Shown here: piece by piece, positions 39,265 to 49,386 of the stretch
Position numbering within the stretch: position 1 is the first letter of the stretch
How the letters are laid out: each line of letters opens with the position of its first letter
DNA from: an uncultured Nitrospira sp.
Lineage (GTDB): Bacteria; Nitrospirota; Nitrospiria; Nitrospirales; Nitrospiraceae
Assembly (NCBI GenBank): GCA_964416255.1
Contig: CAYQDJ010000005.1
Span: forward strand, 5,304 to 69,303
Reading direction: 5' to 3'
Length of the DNA stretch: 64,000 bases
Made by a program: the position numbers and the translations under genes
Notes under the pieces: model-generated
Databases searched by the model: none
Seen by the model: the letters and a program-made list of their open reading frames with translations, nothing else
What the model was told of the DNA's origin: nothing

Positions 39265-40269
39265 ATGCCGGATGGACCGACCACTTCGACCATCAACAGC
39301 ATGGCGGACGTCTGGGAGGCGTATCGCGAGGAGCTGGATGGGGTCGAACTTCAGGTTCGAAAAAATCTCGACTCTAGCGTGACCCTGGTCAATACGGTTG
39401 CCGCCCACATCTTGAGCAGCGGTGGGAAGCGGGTTCGGCCCCTCTTGCTGCTCCTCTCGGCACGAGCCTGCGGGTATGGGGGGCGCGACCACCATCAACT
39501 CGGCAGTCTGATCGAGTTTATTCACACCGCCACACTCCTGCACGACGACGTCGTCGATGAAGCCGATCTACGCCGGGGCCGGCGGACGGCGAGGAAAGTC
39601 TGGGGCAATCAAATCAGCATTCTCGTCGGCGATTACCTCTATTCCAAAGCCATGGCCCAAGTGGTCGAATTCAGGAGCCAATCCATCAATGAGGTGCTGG
39701 CCGAAGCCTGCACCAAGATGGCAGAGGGGGAGGTTCTACAGCTCTATTACAACGGCAATCCGGCCATGCCGGAATCGGATTATCTGAAAGTCGTCGAGCA
39801 TAAGACGGCCGGGTTGATTGCCGCGGCCTGCCGAATGGGGGCGATTATCGCGGACGGTTCGGAGGAAAAGCAGGAGGCGTTGTTCCGATTCGGCCAGTAT
39901 CTTGGGATCGCTTTCCAGGTGGCGGACGATACCTTGGACTACACGGCGAACGGCGAGCGGCTCGGCAAGAGCCTCGGCCAGGATCTTCGCCAGGGGAAAG
40001 CCACGCTGCCGCTGCTGCACCTCCTCCAACACTGCGCCGAGCCGGATCGCCGTATGATCAAAGACCGGATGGAAACGCGCACGTTAAGCGACTCCGACCT
40101 CGAACGAATACTTTCCTTGATGACCGAGTACGGGTCCATCACCTATGCGATGGACCGTGCACGAACGTTTATCGCAGCGGCCAAACACGAATTGCAACCC
40201 TTTGAGGATGGCACCGCGCGGCGCGCGCTGACCGTTGCCGCCGACTACATGATCACGCGCGACCGGTAG
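39265..40269 (+). CDS. ispB: Long-chain polyprenyl diphosphate synthase (IspB-like)
   Basis: GGKRVRP, LLHDDVVD...RRG, KTAGL, FQVADD.LDY. Confidence 0.88.
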   Translation: MPDGPTTSTINSMADVWEAYREELDGVELQVRKNLDSSVTLVNTVAAHILSSGGKRVRPLLLLLSARACGYGGRDHHQLGSLIEFIHTATLLHDDVVDEADLRRGRRTARKVWGNQISILVGDYLYSKAMAQVVEFRSQSINEVLAEACTKMAEGEVLQLYYNGNPAMPESDYLKVVEHKTAGLIAAACRMGAIIADGSEEKQEALFRFGQYLGIAFQVADDTLDYTANGERLGKSLGQDLRQGKATLPLLHLLQHCAEPDRRMIKDRMETRTLSDSDLERILSLMTEYGSITYAMDRARTFIAAAKHELQPFEDGTARRALTVAADYMITRDR

Positions 40270-40358
40270 GCTCTGAGCAGCGCCCAGCGGACTCACCAGG
40301 AATACCGTATTTCCTCTGACGTCGCACATCCACTTCTACATCAAGCAAGGAACCGTTC

Positions 40359-41681
40359 ATGTCACAGCTCATTCCGTTTCAAGGCACGTTGTACGATACG
40401 GCCGTCGTAGGGGAGATCCAACAGGTGGTGGCCCCGCCCTACGACATCATCGACGTCTCCAGCCAGAAAGCTTTGCACGACCGGCATCCGTACAACATCA
40501 TCCGGTTGGAACTCGGAATGGATGAGGTGGGCGACAATCCCACGCATAATCGCTATACGCGTGCGGCGGCCACCTTGAAAGACTGGCTCAGCAAAGGCGC
40601 GCTCAAGCGCGACGCACGACCTGCTGTCTATTATCAGACGATTGACTATGTCCCGCCCGCCTCTGATCCTCGGACTCCCGCCAAAACGCTCCGTGGATTT
40701 TTGACCGTCACCAAGCTCGCGGCGTTGGATTCGGGACAGATCTATCCTCACGAGAATACCCGTGCCGCGGCCAAAACCGATCGGCTGAATCTGCTGGAGG
40801 CCTGTCAAGCCAACTTCAGCCCCATCTGGTCTCTCTATTCCGATCCTCAGGGCCTGGTGATGAATTTGCTGGAGACGGCGGTCAAGGGTGCTGCGCCGCG
40901 CATTGATTTCATGGATGATTCCCACTGTCGCCAGCGGCTCTGGGCGGTCACCGACCCCGCCGTGTTGCAACAGGTGGTGGAAATCATGCGGGACAAACCG
41001 CTCTTCATCGCCGATGGCCATCATCGATATGAAACGGCCCTCAACTATCAACGGCTCCGTCGGAACCAGGCCGGCTCTCCCGCAGGCGTGCAGCCGCACG
41101 ACGGGGTGTTGATGCTGCTCACTGCGCTGGAAGAACCCGGCTTAACGGTGCTTCCGACTCATCGTGTAATCACGACCGCCCTCCCGGCATATGGGCAGAT
41201 CAAAGCCTTGTTGGGCGAAACATGTGAGTTTCATGAGTTTCCCTTCGGTGAGGCCGGGACATCCGCAGCACGCACACAATTTCTGGACGCGCTGCGAAGC
41301 CATGGCCGGACGGCGCCGGTCTTCGGACTGGCGGTGAAGGGGGTCGACCGGTTCGCCACGTTGACGCTGAGGCCCGCCTATCGCCCCTCTTCGCAGGCGT
41401 CACCCCGGACGAGGCTCGACGTGTCGCTGTTGCAGCAACTGGTCGTCACCAAGCTCTGCCCTACACCGCAGGATCAAGAAGCGATTCTGTACACGAAGGA
41501 CGATCATGAGGCCCTGGACTGGGTGGGCCAAGGCACGGGGACCGGCGCGCTCCTCCTGAATGCAACCAAGGTGAGCGAGGTCCAGGCCGTCGCGACCGCC
41601 GGGGAACGGATGCCGCATAAATCCACCTATTTCTATCCCAAGCCCCTGACCGGCCTCGTCATCAACGTCATGCAGGAGTGA
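40359..41681 (+). CDS. DUF1015-family protein
   Basis: APPYDII, PHENT, IADGHHRYETA, MPHKSTYFYPKPLTGLVIN. Confidence 0.88.
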   Translation: MSQLIPFQGTLYDTAVVGEIQQVVAPPYDIIDVSSQKALHDRHPYNIIRLELGMDEVGDNPTHNRYTRAAATLKDWLSKGALKRDARPAVYYQTIDYVPPASDPRTPAKTLRGFLTVTKLAALDSGQIYPHENTRAAAKTDRLNLLEACQANFSPIWSLYSDPQGLVMNLLETAVKGAAPRIDFMDDSHCRQRLWAVTDPAVLQQVVEIMRDKPLFIADGHHRYETALNYQRLRRNQAGSPAGVQPHDGVLMLLTALEEPGLTVLPTHRVITTALPAYGQIKALLGETCEFHEFPFGEAGTSAARTQFLDALRSHGRTAPVFGLAVKGVDRFATLTLRPAYRPSSQASPRTRLDVSLLQQLVVTKLCPTPQDQEAILYTKDDHEALDWVGQGTGTGALLLNATKVSEVQAVATAGERMPHKSTYFYPKPLTGLVINVMQE

Positions 41682-41729
41682 GGAATCAAGGCCAAGCGGG
41701 CGACGGTTCCGCCTCTCGCTTCGGGAGCA

Positions 41730-43136
41730 ATGGTTATGAAAGCGAAGGTTTTGATCGTCGACGACAACGCGGACATCGTCTCCATGCTGGAGGACCGCTT
41801 GCAGGCATCCGGCTATGGCACCCTCGTCGCACGAGACGGCCAACAGGCGGTCGAACAAGTCGAGCAGGAGTCGCCCCATCTGGTGCTGCTGGATATGGAT
41901 CTTCCGAAACTCTCGGGGCTGGAGGTGCTCCAGCGCCTCTCCCAAGTGAAACATACGGAACACGTTCCGGTCATCGTCATGACCGCCTACGGCTCGGTTG
42001 ACGCGGCCGTACGCGCCATGAAGGAAGGGGCCTATGATTTCCTGACGAAGCCGCTGGATAAGGACCACCTGCTGATCGTGCTCCGGAAGGCATTGGAAAG
42101 GACGACGCTCCAGCGGCACATCGAGTGTCTGCGCACGGAAGTGGCCGACCGCTATGCCTCGATAGTGGGAAGCAGTCCATCGATCCGCGGATTGGTCGAG
42201 GCAGGACAGCGCGCCGCGAAATCCGACGCCGGGGTCCTCCTCCTGGGAGAAAGCGGAACGGGGAAAGAACTCTTTGCTCGTTCCATCCACCAATGGAGCC
42301 ACCGGCGGACGATGCCCTTAATCGTGATCAACTGCGTCGCCTTGACGGACACGTTGTTGGAAAACGAATTGTTCGGCCACGAGCGCGGGGCGTTTACCGG
42401 CGCCGACCGGCAGCAAAAGGGCAAGCTGGAAATGGCGGACGGCGGCACGGTGTTCCTCGATGAAATCGGCGACATGCCGCTCCCGTTGCAGGCCAAACTG
42501 CTGCGGGTCCTGCAGGACCGAGAATTTCAACGGGTCGGAGGCACCCGCACCGTCTCCGTCAACATTCGCATCATCGCCGCCACCAACACGGATCTTCGCC
42601 AAGCGGTCAAAACGGGACGGTTTCGAGAGGACCTGTTTTTTCGGTTGAATGTCATTACCTTGACGCTTCCGCCACTGCGCGAGCGCCGAAGCGACATTCC
42701 CGCGCTTGCCCAGTTCTTTCTTGACCGGCACACCCGCGATGCCAAGCGGCCGGGCATGACATTCAGCGTCGAGGCGCTGGACGCACTGACTCGCTACGCC
42801 TGGCCCGGGAATATCCGCGAACTGGACAACGTCATCGCCCGGGCGGTCGTCCTGAGCCCAATGGACACGATTGAACCAGCCATGCTGGCGTTGATGCCCG
42901 AGGATGCCGGGTCCCGCTCTCCGGGCGACGGGCCGCTCCCCTATCTCGACTTGCCCTACCATGACTCGCTGGAGGAACACAGCCGATTCATTATTGCCCG
43001 CGCGATTGAGAGGGCCGCCGGCAACCAAACAAAAGCCGCCGAGTTCCTTCGGCTCCAACGGACATATCTGGCACGACTCATCAAGCTGCAGAAAGAACGC
43101 CCGACCGGTGGGTCCCCCTTGGGAAGCGAATGCTGA
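41730..43136 (+). CDS. sigma54-dependent response regulator (NtrC family)
   Basis: Receiver LLDMDLP, GESGTGKE, GAFTGA, FLDEIGD, WPGNIREL, C-terminal HTH GNQTKAA. Confidence 0.93.
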   Translation: MVMKAKVLIVDDNADIVSMLEDRLQASGYGTLVARDGQQAVEQVEQESPHLVLLDMDLPKLSGLEVLQRLSQVKHTEHVPVIVMTAYGSVDAAVRAMKEGAYDFLTKPLDKDHLLIVLRKALERTTLQRHIECLRTEVADRYASIVGSSPSIRGLVEAGQRAAKSDAGVLLLGESGTGKELFARSIHQWSHRRTMPLIVINCVALTDTLLENELFGHERGAFTGADRQQKGKLEMADGGTVFLDEIGDMPLPLQAKLLRVLQDREFQRVGGTRTVSVNIRIIAATNTDLRQAVKTGRFREDLFFRLNVITLTLPPLRERRSDIPALAQFFLDRHTRDAKRPGMTFSVEALDALTRYAWPGNIRELDNVIARAVVLSPMDTIEPAMLALMPEDAGSRSPGDGPLPYLDLPYHDSLEEHSRFIIARAIERAAGNQTKAAEFLRLQRTYLARLIKLQKERPTGGSPLGSEC

Positions 43137-43164
43137 GCGGGCAGGAGCGCGCGGTCAACGAGAC

Positions 43165-43914
43165 TCACCGCCGATCGCCGGCCAGGCGACGATCTTCTAA
43201 ACGAATCAGCCCCGCACGCGCATCGTGTTCCGCCTGCATATAGCGTTCGGGGGTTCCCACATCCGACCAGTAGCTTTTCATCTCATACCCCAGCACCGGT
43301 TCGCCTCGTTCGAGTGCGGCGACATACGGATCGATGATCGACGACTCGACCCCTTTCTTGACCTCTCGTAGGAGCCGAGGAGCCAAGATATGAATGCCTG
43401 CAAACATTCTCGGAGTGGTCGGCAGGGACGCAGCCGAGCCTCGTCCGGTAATTCGAAGGATGCGCTCTTCCGGCCCCACTTCCACGACTCCCCAGCGGGC
43501 CGCGTCGGGATCCTCTCGGAGGACCAACGTGGCCGCGGCCTCACGCTCACGATGAAACGTCCACAAGGCGTCCAAGTCCAACTCAAACAGGGTGTCTCCA
43601 TTCAGCACGAGCACCGGCTCCCCTGAAAACAGCGGCTCCGCTTGTTTGATGCCTCCCCCGGTCCCCAGAATCATCGGCTCCCGGGAATAGATAATGCGAA
43701 GACCGAATTGAGAGCCATTGCCCAGCGTCTGCTCGATCATCGGTCCGAGATGATGCAAATTAATCACGACCTCGGCAAATCCATGGCGTTTCAACAAGAG
43801 AAGGTTCCAGACGATCAAGGGCGTCCCCGCGACCGGGAGAAGCGCCTTGGGCATCGTATTGGTGAGCGGTCTCAGGCGCGTCCCGAAACCCGCCGCGAGG
43901 ATCATCGCTTTCAT
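43165..43914 (-). CDS. murU: Sugar-phosphate nucleotidyltransferase, MurU-like
   Basis: MKAMILAAGFGTRLRPLT..PK, GTGGGI, WSDVGTPERY, downstream of the amgK-like gene. Confidence 0.75.
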   Translation of the reverse strand: MKAMILAAGFGTRLRPLTNTMPKALLPVAGTPLIVWNLLLLKRHGFAEVVINLHHLGPMIEQTLGNGSQFGLRIIYSREPMILGTGGGIKQAEPLFSGEPVLVLNGDTLFELDLDALWTFHREREAAATLVLREDPDAARWGVVEVGPEERILRITGRGSAASLPTTPRMFAGIHILAPRLLREVKKGVESSIIDPYVAALERGEPVLGYEMKSYWSDVGTPERYMQAEHDARAGLIRLEDRRLAGDRR

Positions 43915-44276
43915 ACAACTCCAGGGAAGACCGGCGGCCAGTCAAGGCATGTGTAAGTCTACGCGTCGTCCCTCCCCCTGCCTAGAGCCGATTGGACCGC
44001 ATGCAAGACTCCTGAAGAGCCCACGGCTTCTGAAGCCATGCCGTGTTGCTTGTCCTTCCGCCGATCGAATGACAACCTCTCTTGAGTTGCTCGCCTGCGG
44101 GTGCTCCGATTCCACTTGAGTGCAAACGGGCCTCTCACGCTCCTCTCCAGACCGTGACACGAAACGGCGCCCTCACGCTCCGGGACGATCCGGGGCGTAA
44201 GAACGCCGTAGTCCTCGATCCAGCTCTTGCCCCCCGCCAGCTGCCTTCCCCGTCGAAGCCCGACCCGGGCCAGCGC

Positions 44277-45371
44277 TCACTGTAATTCCGGCACATAGGG
44301 GGTCAGGTGCCGGCGGAGTGAGTCCATCTCCGGATACTTCTGGAGATTGCGCTTGACGTAGCTCAGGACCCGTGGAATGTCGGCCAGGAATTTCGAGTTG
44401 CCCTTCACGCGATCGATATACACAAAGCGGCCGGCCGCTTTTAGATTACGCTGAATGCTCGTGAAATCGAACAACCGGCGAAACGCCGTGCGGTTCGTCC
44501 ACACCATGCGTCGTTCAGCCAGCTGATCGAGATAATAGTCGATCAGGCGATCCACCAGCGCCTCGTCGAGCTGGATATAGGCATCCCGCAGCAGTGACGC
44601 GAGATCATAGGTGGCAGGCCCCATCAATGCATCCTGAAAATCGATCACGCCCAAGCGCGTGCCATTCACCATGAGGTTCCGGGAATGATAGTCCCGATGG
44701 GTAAAGACGCGCGGCTGGCCCGCCAACAGGTCTGCAATCTGCTCGAACGTCTGACGCACCTCGGTCCAGTCGTCCGAGCACATCGGTTTGCCCCGACGGG
44801 CCACAATGCCGTACTCAAGAAAATGATCGAACTCCCACATGAATAACGGGACATCAAAGCTACGGTGAAACGCCACACACCCGGGATCTGCCGGCGTCGT
44901 GGCCTTGACCTGGAGCTGCACCAACACAGTGATCGCTTGCTGGTACCGCAATTCCATGTCGGTCGTGGTGACCGCTTCCGCAAGCGTGACGTCCCCGAAA
45001 TCTTCCAAGTACAGTAATCCGGCGACGGGATCGTAATGATACAAGGCCGGCACCGTGACGCCGGCCTGGTCGAGATGGGACAGGATATTGAGAAACGGCA
45101 ACTCCGCAATCTGGTGCGTGGCACCGCTCACCGCTTCTTCCGACTGTTTGAATCCCTCCGGGGCTGCCAGTTGCATGATCATCACCGAGTGCGGGGGGCC
45201 GCCGGCAAGCTCCGCGCGATAATACCGACGGTTGGACGCATCCCCGGCGAGAGGCGTGAGGTGCCTCAGGATCAAGCCGCGCGGCAGATGGGTTTCAATA
45301 GTCCGCGCCACGATCCTCTGATCTGGCGGGGCGAACGGAGCGTGAGGGGCTGCGGAATGGACGGGCGTCAT
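44277..45371 (-). CDS. amgK: Anomeric sugar kinase, AmgK-like (APH family)
   Basis: GDASNRRYYR, LEDFGD, HRDYHSRNLM, IDFQDALMGP..YDLASLLRD, QRNLKAAGRF. Confidence 0.8.
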   Translation of the reverse strand: MTPVHSAAPHAPFAPPDQRIVARTIETHLPRGLILRHLTPLAGDASNRRYYRAELAGGPPHSVMIMQLAAPEGFKQSEEAVSGATHQIAELPFLNILSHLDQAGVTVPALYHYDPVAGLLYLEDFGDVTLAEAVTTTDMELRYQQAITVLVQLQVKATTPADPGCVAFHRSFDVPLFMWEFDHFLEYGIVARRGKPMCSDDWTEVRQTFEQIADLLAGQPRVFTHRDYHSRNLMVNGTRLGVIDFQDALMGPATYDLASLLRDAYIQLDEALVDRLIDYYLDQLAERRMVWTNRTAFRRLFDFTSIQRNLKAAGRFVYIDRVKGNSKFLADIPRVLSYVKRNLQKYPEMDSLRRHLTPYVPELQ

Positions 45372-45379
45372 GGGGGCAA

Positions 45380-45408
45380 ATTATAGCGAGTGGTCAGGAC
45401 CTTGTCAC
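45380..45408 (-). promoter_or_regulatory. sigma70 promoter of amgK, leaderless geometry
   Basis: GTGACA-N17-TATAAT, then 8 nt, then ATG 45371. Confidence 0.6.
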
Positions 45409-45431
45409 GGAAAGCCACGCAATCCCTTTCT

Positions 45432-45860
45432 TCACGCTTTTTCTTCATTTGGCCGGAGGCCTTCTGCCGTGCCACGGCCGACCGCAGGCCATGGCGTGAT
45501 CCAATGCATCGTCAGGGCTCCGATCGTTGCTCCGATGGTGTCCGCCACCCAATCCTGCCAACTGGAATCTCGAAAGGGAACGAACAGTTGATGCACCTCG
45601 TCGCTGAGGCCGTAGAGAGACGCGGCCATGATCGCGAGCGGCACCGCCTGCCGCGACCACTCACGGCTCGTTCCCCAGCGAAACGCCCGATACAATAACG
45701 CCCCCAGGACAGTGTACTCCGCCGCATGCAACGCCTTATCGCCGAGTCCTTGGAAAAAAGACGGCAGCCGTTCATCGGGATGAGAAAGCGAAGACACATA
45801 AAAAATCAGGCCGGCATACCCGAGCGGCGGCCCCCAATACCGCAAGACTGTTCGGATCAT
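45432..45860 (-). CDS. VanZ-family membrane protein
   Basis: DKALHAAEY, SDEVHQLFVPFRDSSWQDWVADTIG. Confidence 0.88.
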   Translation of the reverse strand: MIRTVLRYWGPPLGYAGLIFYVSSLSHPDERLPSFFQGLGDKALHAAEYTVLGALLYRAFRWGTSREWSRQAVPLAIMAASLYGLSDEVHQLFVPFRDSSWQDWVADTIGATIGALTMHWITPWPAVGRGTAEGLRPNEEKA

Positions 45861-45891
45861 GCTGCATCCTGAGGGAGAAGGCAGCGGTTCA

Positions 45892-45920
45892 TTGCAGGCC
45901 CCCCTCCCCTATGCCATACT
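45892..45920 (+). promoter_or_regulatory. sigma70-like promoter of GH57
   Basis: TTGCAG-N17-CATACT with an extended TG. Confidence 0.45.
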
Positions 45921-45943
45921 CGAAAACCAAGGATCCTCATGCG

Positions 45944-48145
45944 ATGAAGCGCCTTTCCGTTTGCTTTCTCTGGCATATGCACCAGCCGTATTACACCGAT
46001 CCGGCGACCCGATCGGCCACGATGCCTTGGGTGCGGCTGCATGCCACCAAAGCGTACTATGACATGGCCTTCCTGCTCGAGCGGCACCCCGGCGTGCATG
46101 CGACCGTCAACTTCACTCCCTCTCTCTTGCTACAGCTCAAGGAGATCGGCGAGGCGACCGCCCGTGATATGTTTCTCGATCACGCGGAACGACCGGCCGC
46201 TCATCTCACGGCCGAAGAAAAAGCCTTCATCGTGCGTTATTTTTTTTCCGCCAATTGGGCGACCATGGTTCGCCCTTACCCGCGCTATCATGAATTGCTG
46301 GTCAAACGCGGGTTGCACCTGTCCGATCAGGACCTCGCGCGCGTTGCGCGCCAGTTTACCACGCAGGAGTGCCTCGATCTGCAAGTGTGGCACAATTTGG
46401 CATGGTTTGGTTATGGAACCGTCCGTCGGCATCCTCTGCTGGCGGCATTGCGCAACAAAAATTGTGGCTATACCGAGGCCGACAAGCACGAGGTGCTGCA
46501 ACTGCAACGGGCTGCGGTGCAACAGATTATTCCGTCCTATCGCAGGCTCCTCGACCGAGGCCAAGTCGAATTGAGTACCACGCCGTTTTTCCATCCGATT
46601 CTTCCCTTGATCATCGATACGGATACCGCCAGACGCGCGCGGCCGGATCTGCCATTACCGGCCCGTTTTCGTGCACCCGAGGATGCCGAGCAGCAGCTCC
46701 AACGGGCGGTCCAGCTCCATACGGAGACATTCGGTCAGGCCCCAATAGGGCTCTGGCCCTCGGAAGGCTCGGTCTGTCCTGAGCTGCTGCCGCTGGTCCA
46801 TCGAACCGGTTTCCGCTGGCTCGCCACGGACGAGGGAATTCTCGCGCGTTCGCTCCACCTGTCCGGACTGTCGTGGCACCGACAACGGGACCTCTATCGA
46901 CCCTACACGGTCGGCGAGTCCGGGCGCGAGACGGCGATTGTGTTCCGGGACCGCGAGCTTTCGGATGCGTTCGGATTTGTGTATCACAAGACAACGCCGG
47001 ACACCGCGGCGGAGGACGTCCTGAGACGTGTGCGGGAGGTCCTGCACCACGCGCCGCAAGACCAGACCATGCTGGCGGTCATTCTCGACGGGGAGAACCC
47101 TTGGGAACACTATCATGATGGCGGCGAACGCATCCTGTCCTTGCTGTACGAGGCGTTCGACCGGCGCCACCTGGACGACAGCGGCCATACCGTGACGACC
47201 TCGACCATGTCCGAGGCGCTGGCGGCCGTGCCGTCGCCGCCTCACTTACCGATCTTGCATTCCGGGTCGTGGATCAATCAGGACTTCAAAATTTGGATCG
47301 GCCATCACGAGGACAATCGGGGATGGGATCTGCTCGGAATGACGCGGGCTCGCTTGCAGGAGGCACACCCCACCCTGCCTCCCGAACGCGCCGCCGCCGC
47401 CTGGGACGCCCTTTTCGCCGCAGAAGGCAGCGACTGGTTCTGGTGGTACGGCGATGATTTCGACACCGACCTGAAGCCGGAATTCGATCGCCTCTTTCGC
47501 AACCACCTGCGGAACGTCTGGACACAGATGGGGCTGCCCCCGCCAGACCAACTGAATGACCCCATTGTTGCGAGCGTCCTCTACCCCGAGACCCATGAAG
47601 TCGTGCAGCCCCACGCGCGCATGACGGCGTCCGTGGACGGGCTCGTGACGAACTTTTTCGAATGGCGGGGGGCGGGGTCTATCGCGACGCAGCCTCCGCT
47701 TGGAGCCATGTGGAAAGCCGATGACCTGTTCACGGCGATTCGATTCGGCGCGGATGACGAGCAGTTGTATCTCCGTCTCGACCCGAGCCAGGCCTTGTCG
47801 AAGCAAGCGCCTCGGTTGTCGGTTGACATCAATGTCCATGGCCCCAGACAGGCCGTTCGCTTGTCGTTCTCACTCAGCGATCCCGGGCCTGAAGAGTTTG
47901 TGCTGCATCACTCCACCGATGGAATCACCTGGCAGGAAGTGGGACCGCTGCAGAGCATCTGCCGAAGGAAGATCGTCGAGTTGGCAGTGCCCTGGAAGGA
48001 TCTCCATCTCGAAGCGGACGACGAGTGGCGTCTCTCGATCGTGGTCATGGAACACGGATTGGAACTCGCCCGCTACCCTCATCAGCATCCGGCCCTGCTC
48101 ACGGTTCCCGGGATCGAATTCGAAGCCGGGCTCTGGCGGGTGTGA
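45944..48145 (+). CDS. Glycoside hydrolase family 57 (amylopullulanase-like) with C-terminal beta domain
   Basis: WHMHQPYY, HPILPL, GLWPSEG (nucleophile), ILDGENPWE (acid/base), AEGSDWFWWYG. Confidence 0.92.
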   Translation: MKRLSVCFLWHMHQPYYTDPATRSATMPWVRLHATKAYYDMAFLLERHPGVHATVNFTPSLLLQLKEIGEATARDMFLDHAERPAAHLTAEEKAFIVRYFFSANWATMVRPYPRYHELLVKRGLHLSDQDLARVARQFTTQECLDLQVWHNLAWFGYGTVRRHPLLAALRNKNCGYTEADKHEVLQLQRAAVQQIIPSYRRLLDRGQVELSTTPFFHPILPLIIDTDTARRARPDLPLPARFRAPEDAEQQLQRAVQLHTETFGQAPIGLWPSEGSVCPELLPLVHRTGFRWLATDEGILARSLHLSGLSWHRQRDLYRPYTVGESGRETAIVFRDRELSDAFGFVYHKTTPDTAAEDVLRRVREVLHHAPQDQTMLAVILDGENPWEHYHDGGERILSLLYEAFDRRHLDDSGHTVTTSTMSEALAAVPSPPHLPILHSGSWINQDFKIWIGHHEDNRGWDLLGMTRARLQEAHPTLPPERAAAAWDALFAAEGSDWFWWYGDDFDTDLKPEFDRLFRNHLRNVWTQMGLPPPDQLNDPIVASVLYPETHEVVQPHARMTASVDGLVTNFFEWRGAGSIATQPPLGAMWKADDLFTAIRFGADDEQLYLRLDPSQALSKQAPRLSVDINVHGPRQAVRLSFSLSDPGPEEFVLHHSTDGITWQEVGPLQSICRRKIVELAVPWKDLHLEADDEWRLSIVVMEHGLELARYPHQHPALLTVPGIEFEAGLWRV

Positions 48146-48248
48146 AACCAATTACTTGTTCACGGGTGGGCAATTTGATGCTGTAATGGCAGCCATTGGT
48201 TGGCCCTTGGCTATCCCGCCAAGTCGCCTGCTTGCCAGGTGAGACACC

Positions 48249-49262
48249 ATGCCCGAGTTGCGACGCGACCCCGTGGTCGGACGGTGGGTGATTATCTCCA
48301 CCGAGCGCAATGGACGTCCTCATGAATTTGCGCCGATGCCGCCGGCGCGATCGATCTCCACCGCCCTCTGTCCATTTTGTCCCGGCCAGGAACGGCTCAC
48401 GCCGAGCGAAATCATGGCGTATCGACCTCAGCCCGGCGAATTCAATGCCCCCACGTGGACTGTGCGCGTGGTCCCCAATAAATATCCCGCGCTGCAGGTG
48501 GAAGGGGACATGGGGCGCGAGGGAGTGGGGCTGTATGACCGAATGAACGGCATCGGCGCCCACGAGGTCATAATTGACACACCGCGGCACACCGAAAGCC
48601 TGGCTTCGATGCCCTCAAAAGGTATCGAAGACGTGTTGTGGACCTACCGCGATCGCTTGATCGATCTCAAGAAGGATCTCCGCTTCCGCTACATTTTGAT
48701 ATTCAAGAACCACGGAGCCGCCGCCGGAGCGACGTTGGAACACAGTCATTCGCAACTCATCGCACTCCCAATCGTGCCCACAAACGTGCAAGAAGAAATT
48801 GAGGGCTGTCGCACGCACTACGAGCAAAAAGAACGGTGCATGTACTGCGATATCCTGCGCCAGGATCTGGCCGACGGCGGCCGCATCGTGGGGGAAAACC
48901 CGGAGTTCGTCTGTTTGACGCCGTTCGCCCCGCGTTTTCCGTTCGAGATGTGGATCCTTCCCAAACGCCACGCCGCCTATTTTGAAGAAAGCCAAAAAAC
49001 CCAGTTCGAATTACTTGCGCCAATCTTATCCGACTGCCTGCGTCGCATGGATGCCGTCCTCGCCCGGCCCGCATACAATTTCATGCTCCACACCGCGCCG
49101 CTCCACGAGCGCCTGGGCGACTTTTATCACTGGCATCTGGAAATCATCCCGAAGCTGACGCACGTCGCCGGGTTCGAATGGGGCACCGGTTTTTACATCA
49201 ATCCGGTGTCACCTGAGGAGGCCGCGAAGTTTTTGAAGGAGGCGGAGATCCAGTCCCTATAG
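48249..49262 (+). CDS. galT: Galactose-1-phosphate uridylyltransferase family (GalT/HIT)
   Basis: MPELRRDPV, CPFCPG, VVPNKYPAL, KNHG...GATLEHSHSQ, YINPVSPE. Confidence 0.88.
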   Translation: MPELRRDPVVGRWVIISTERNGRPHEFAPMPPARSISTALCPFCPGQERLTPSEIMAYRPQPGEFNAPTWTVRVVPNKYPALQVEGDMGREGVGLYDRMNGIGAHEVIIDTPRHTESLASMPSKGIEDVLWTYRDRLIDLKKDLRFRYILIFKNHGAAAGATLEHSHSQLIALPIVPTNVQEEIEGCRTHYEQKERCMYCDILRQDLADGGRIVGENPEFVCLTPFAPRFPFEMWILPKRHAAYFEESQKTQFELLAPILSDCLRRMDAVLARPAYNFMLHTAPLHERLGDFYHWHLEIIPKLTHVAGFEWGTGFYINPVSPEEAAKFLKEAEIQSL

Positions 49263-49386
49263 ATAGGATGGGGCCGGCGTGATGTGGCACCCTCATGTGG
49301 GTATCCGTAAGTCCCTCCCCTGTTGATCGGTCCTGACCGATTATTCCCGCTGTCAACCGAGGCTGCTCCCGGTCTATGATGCGGCT

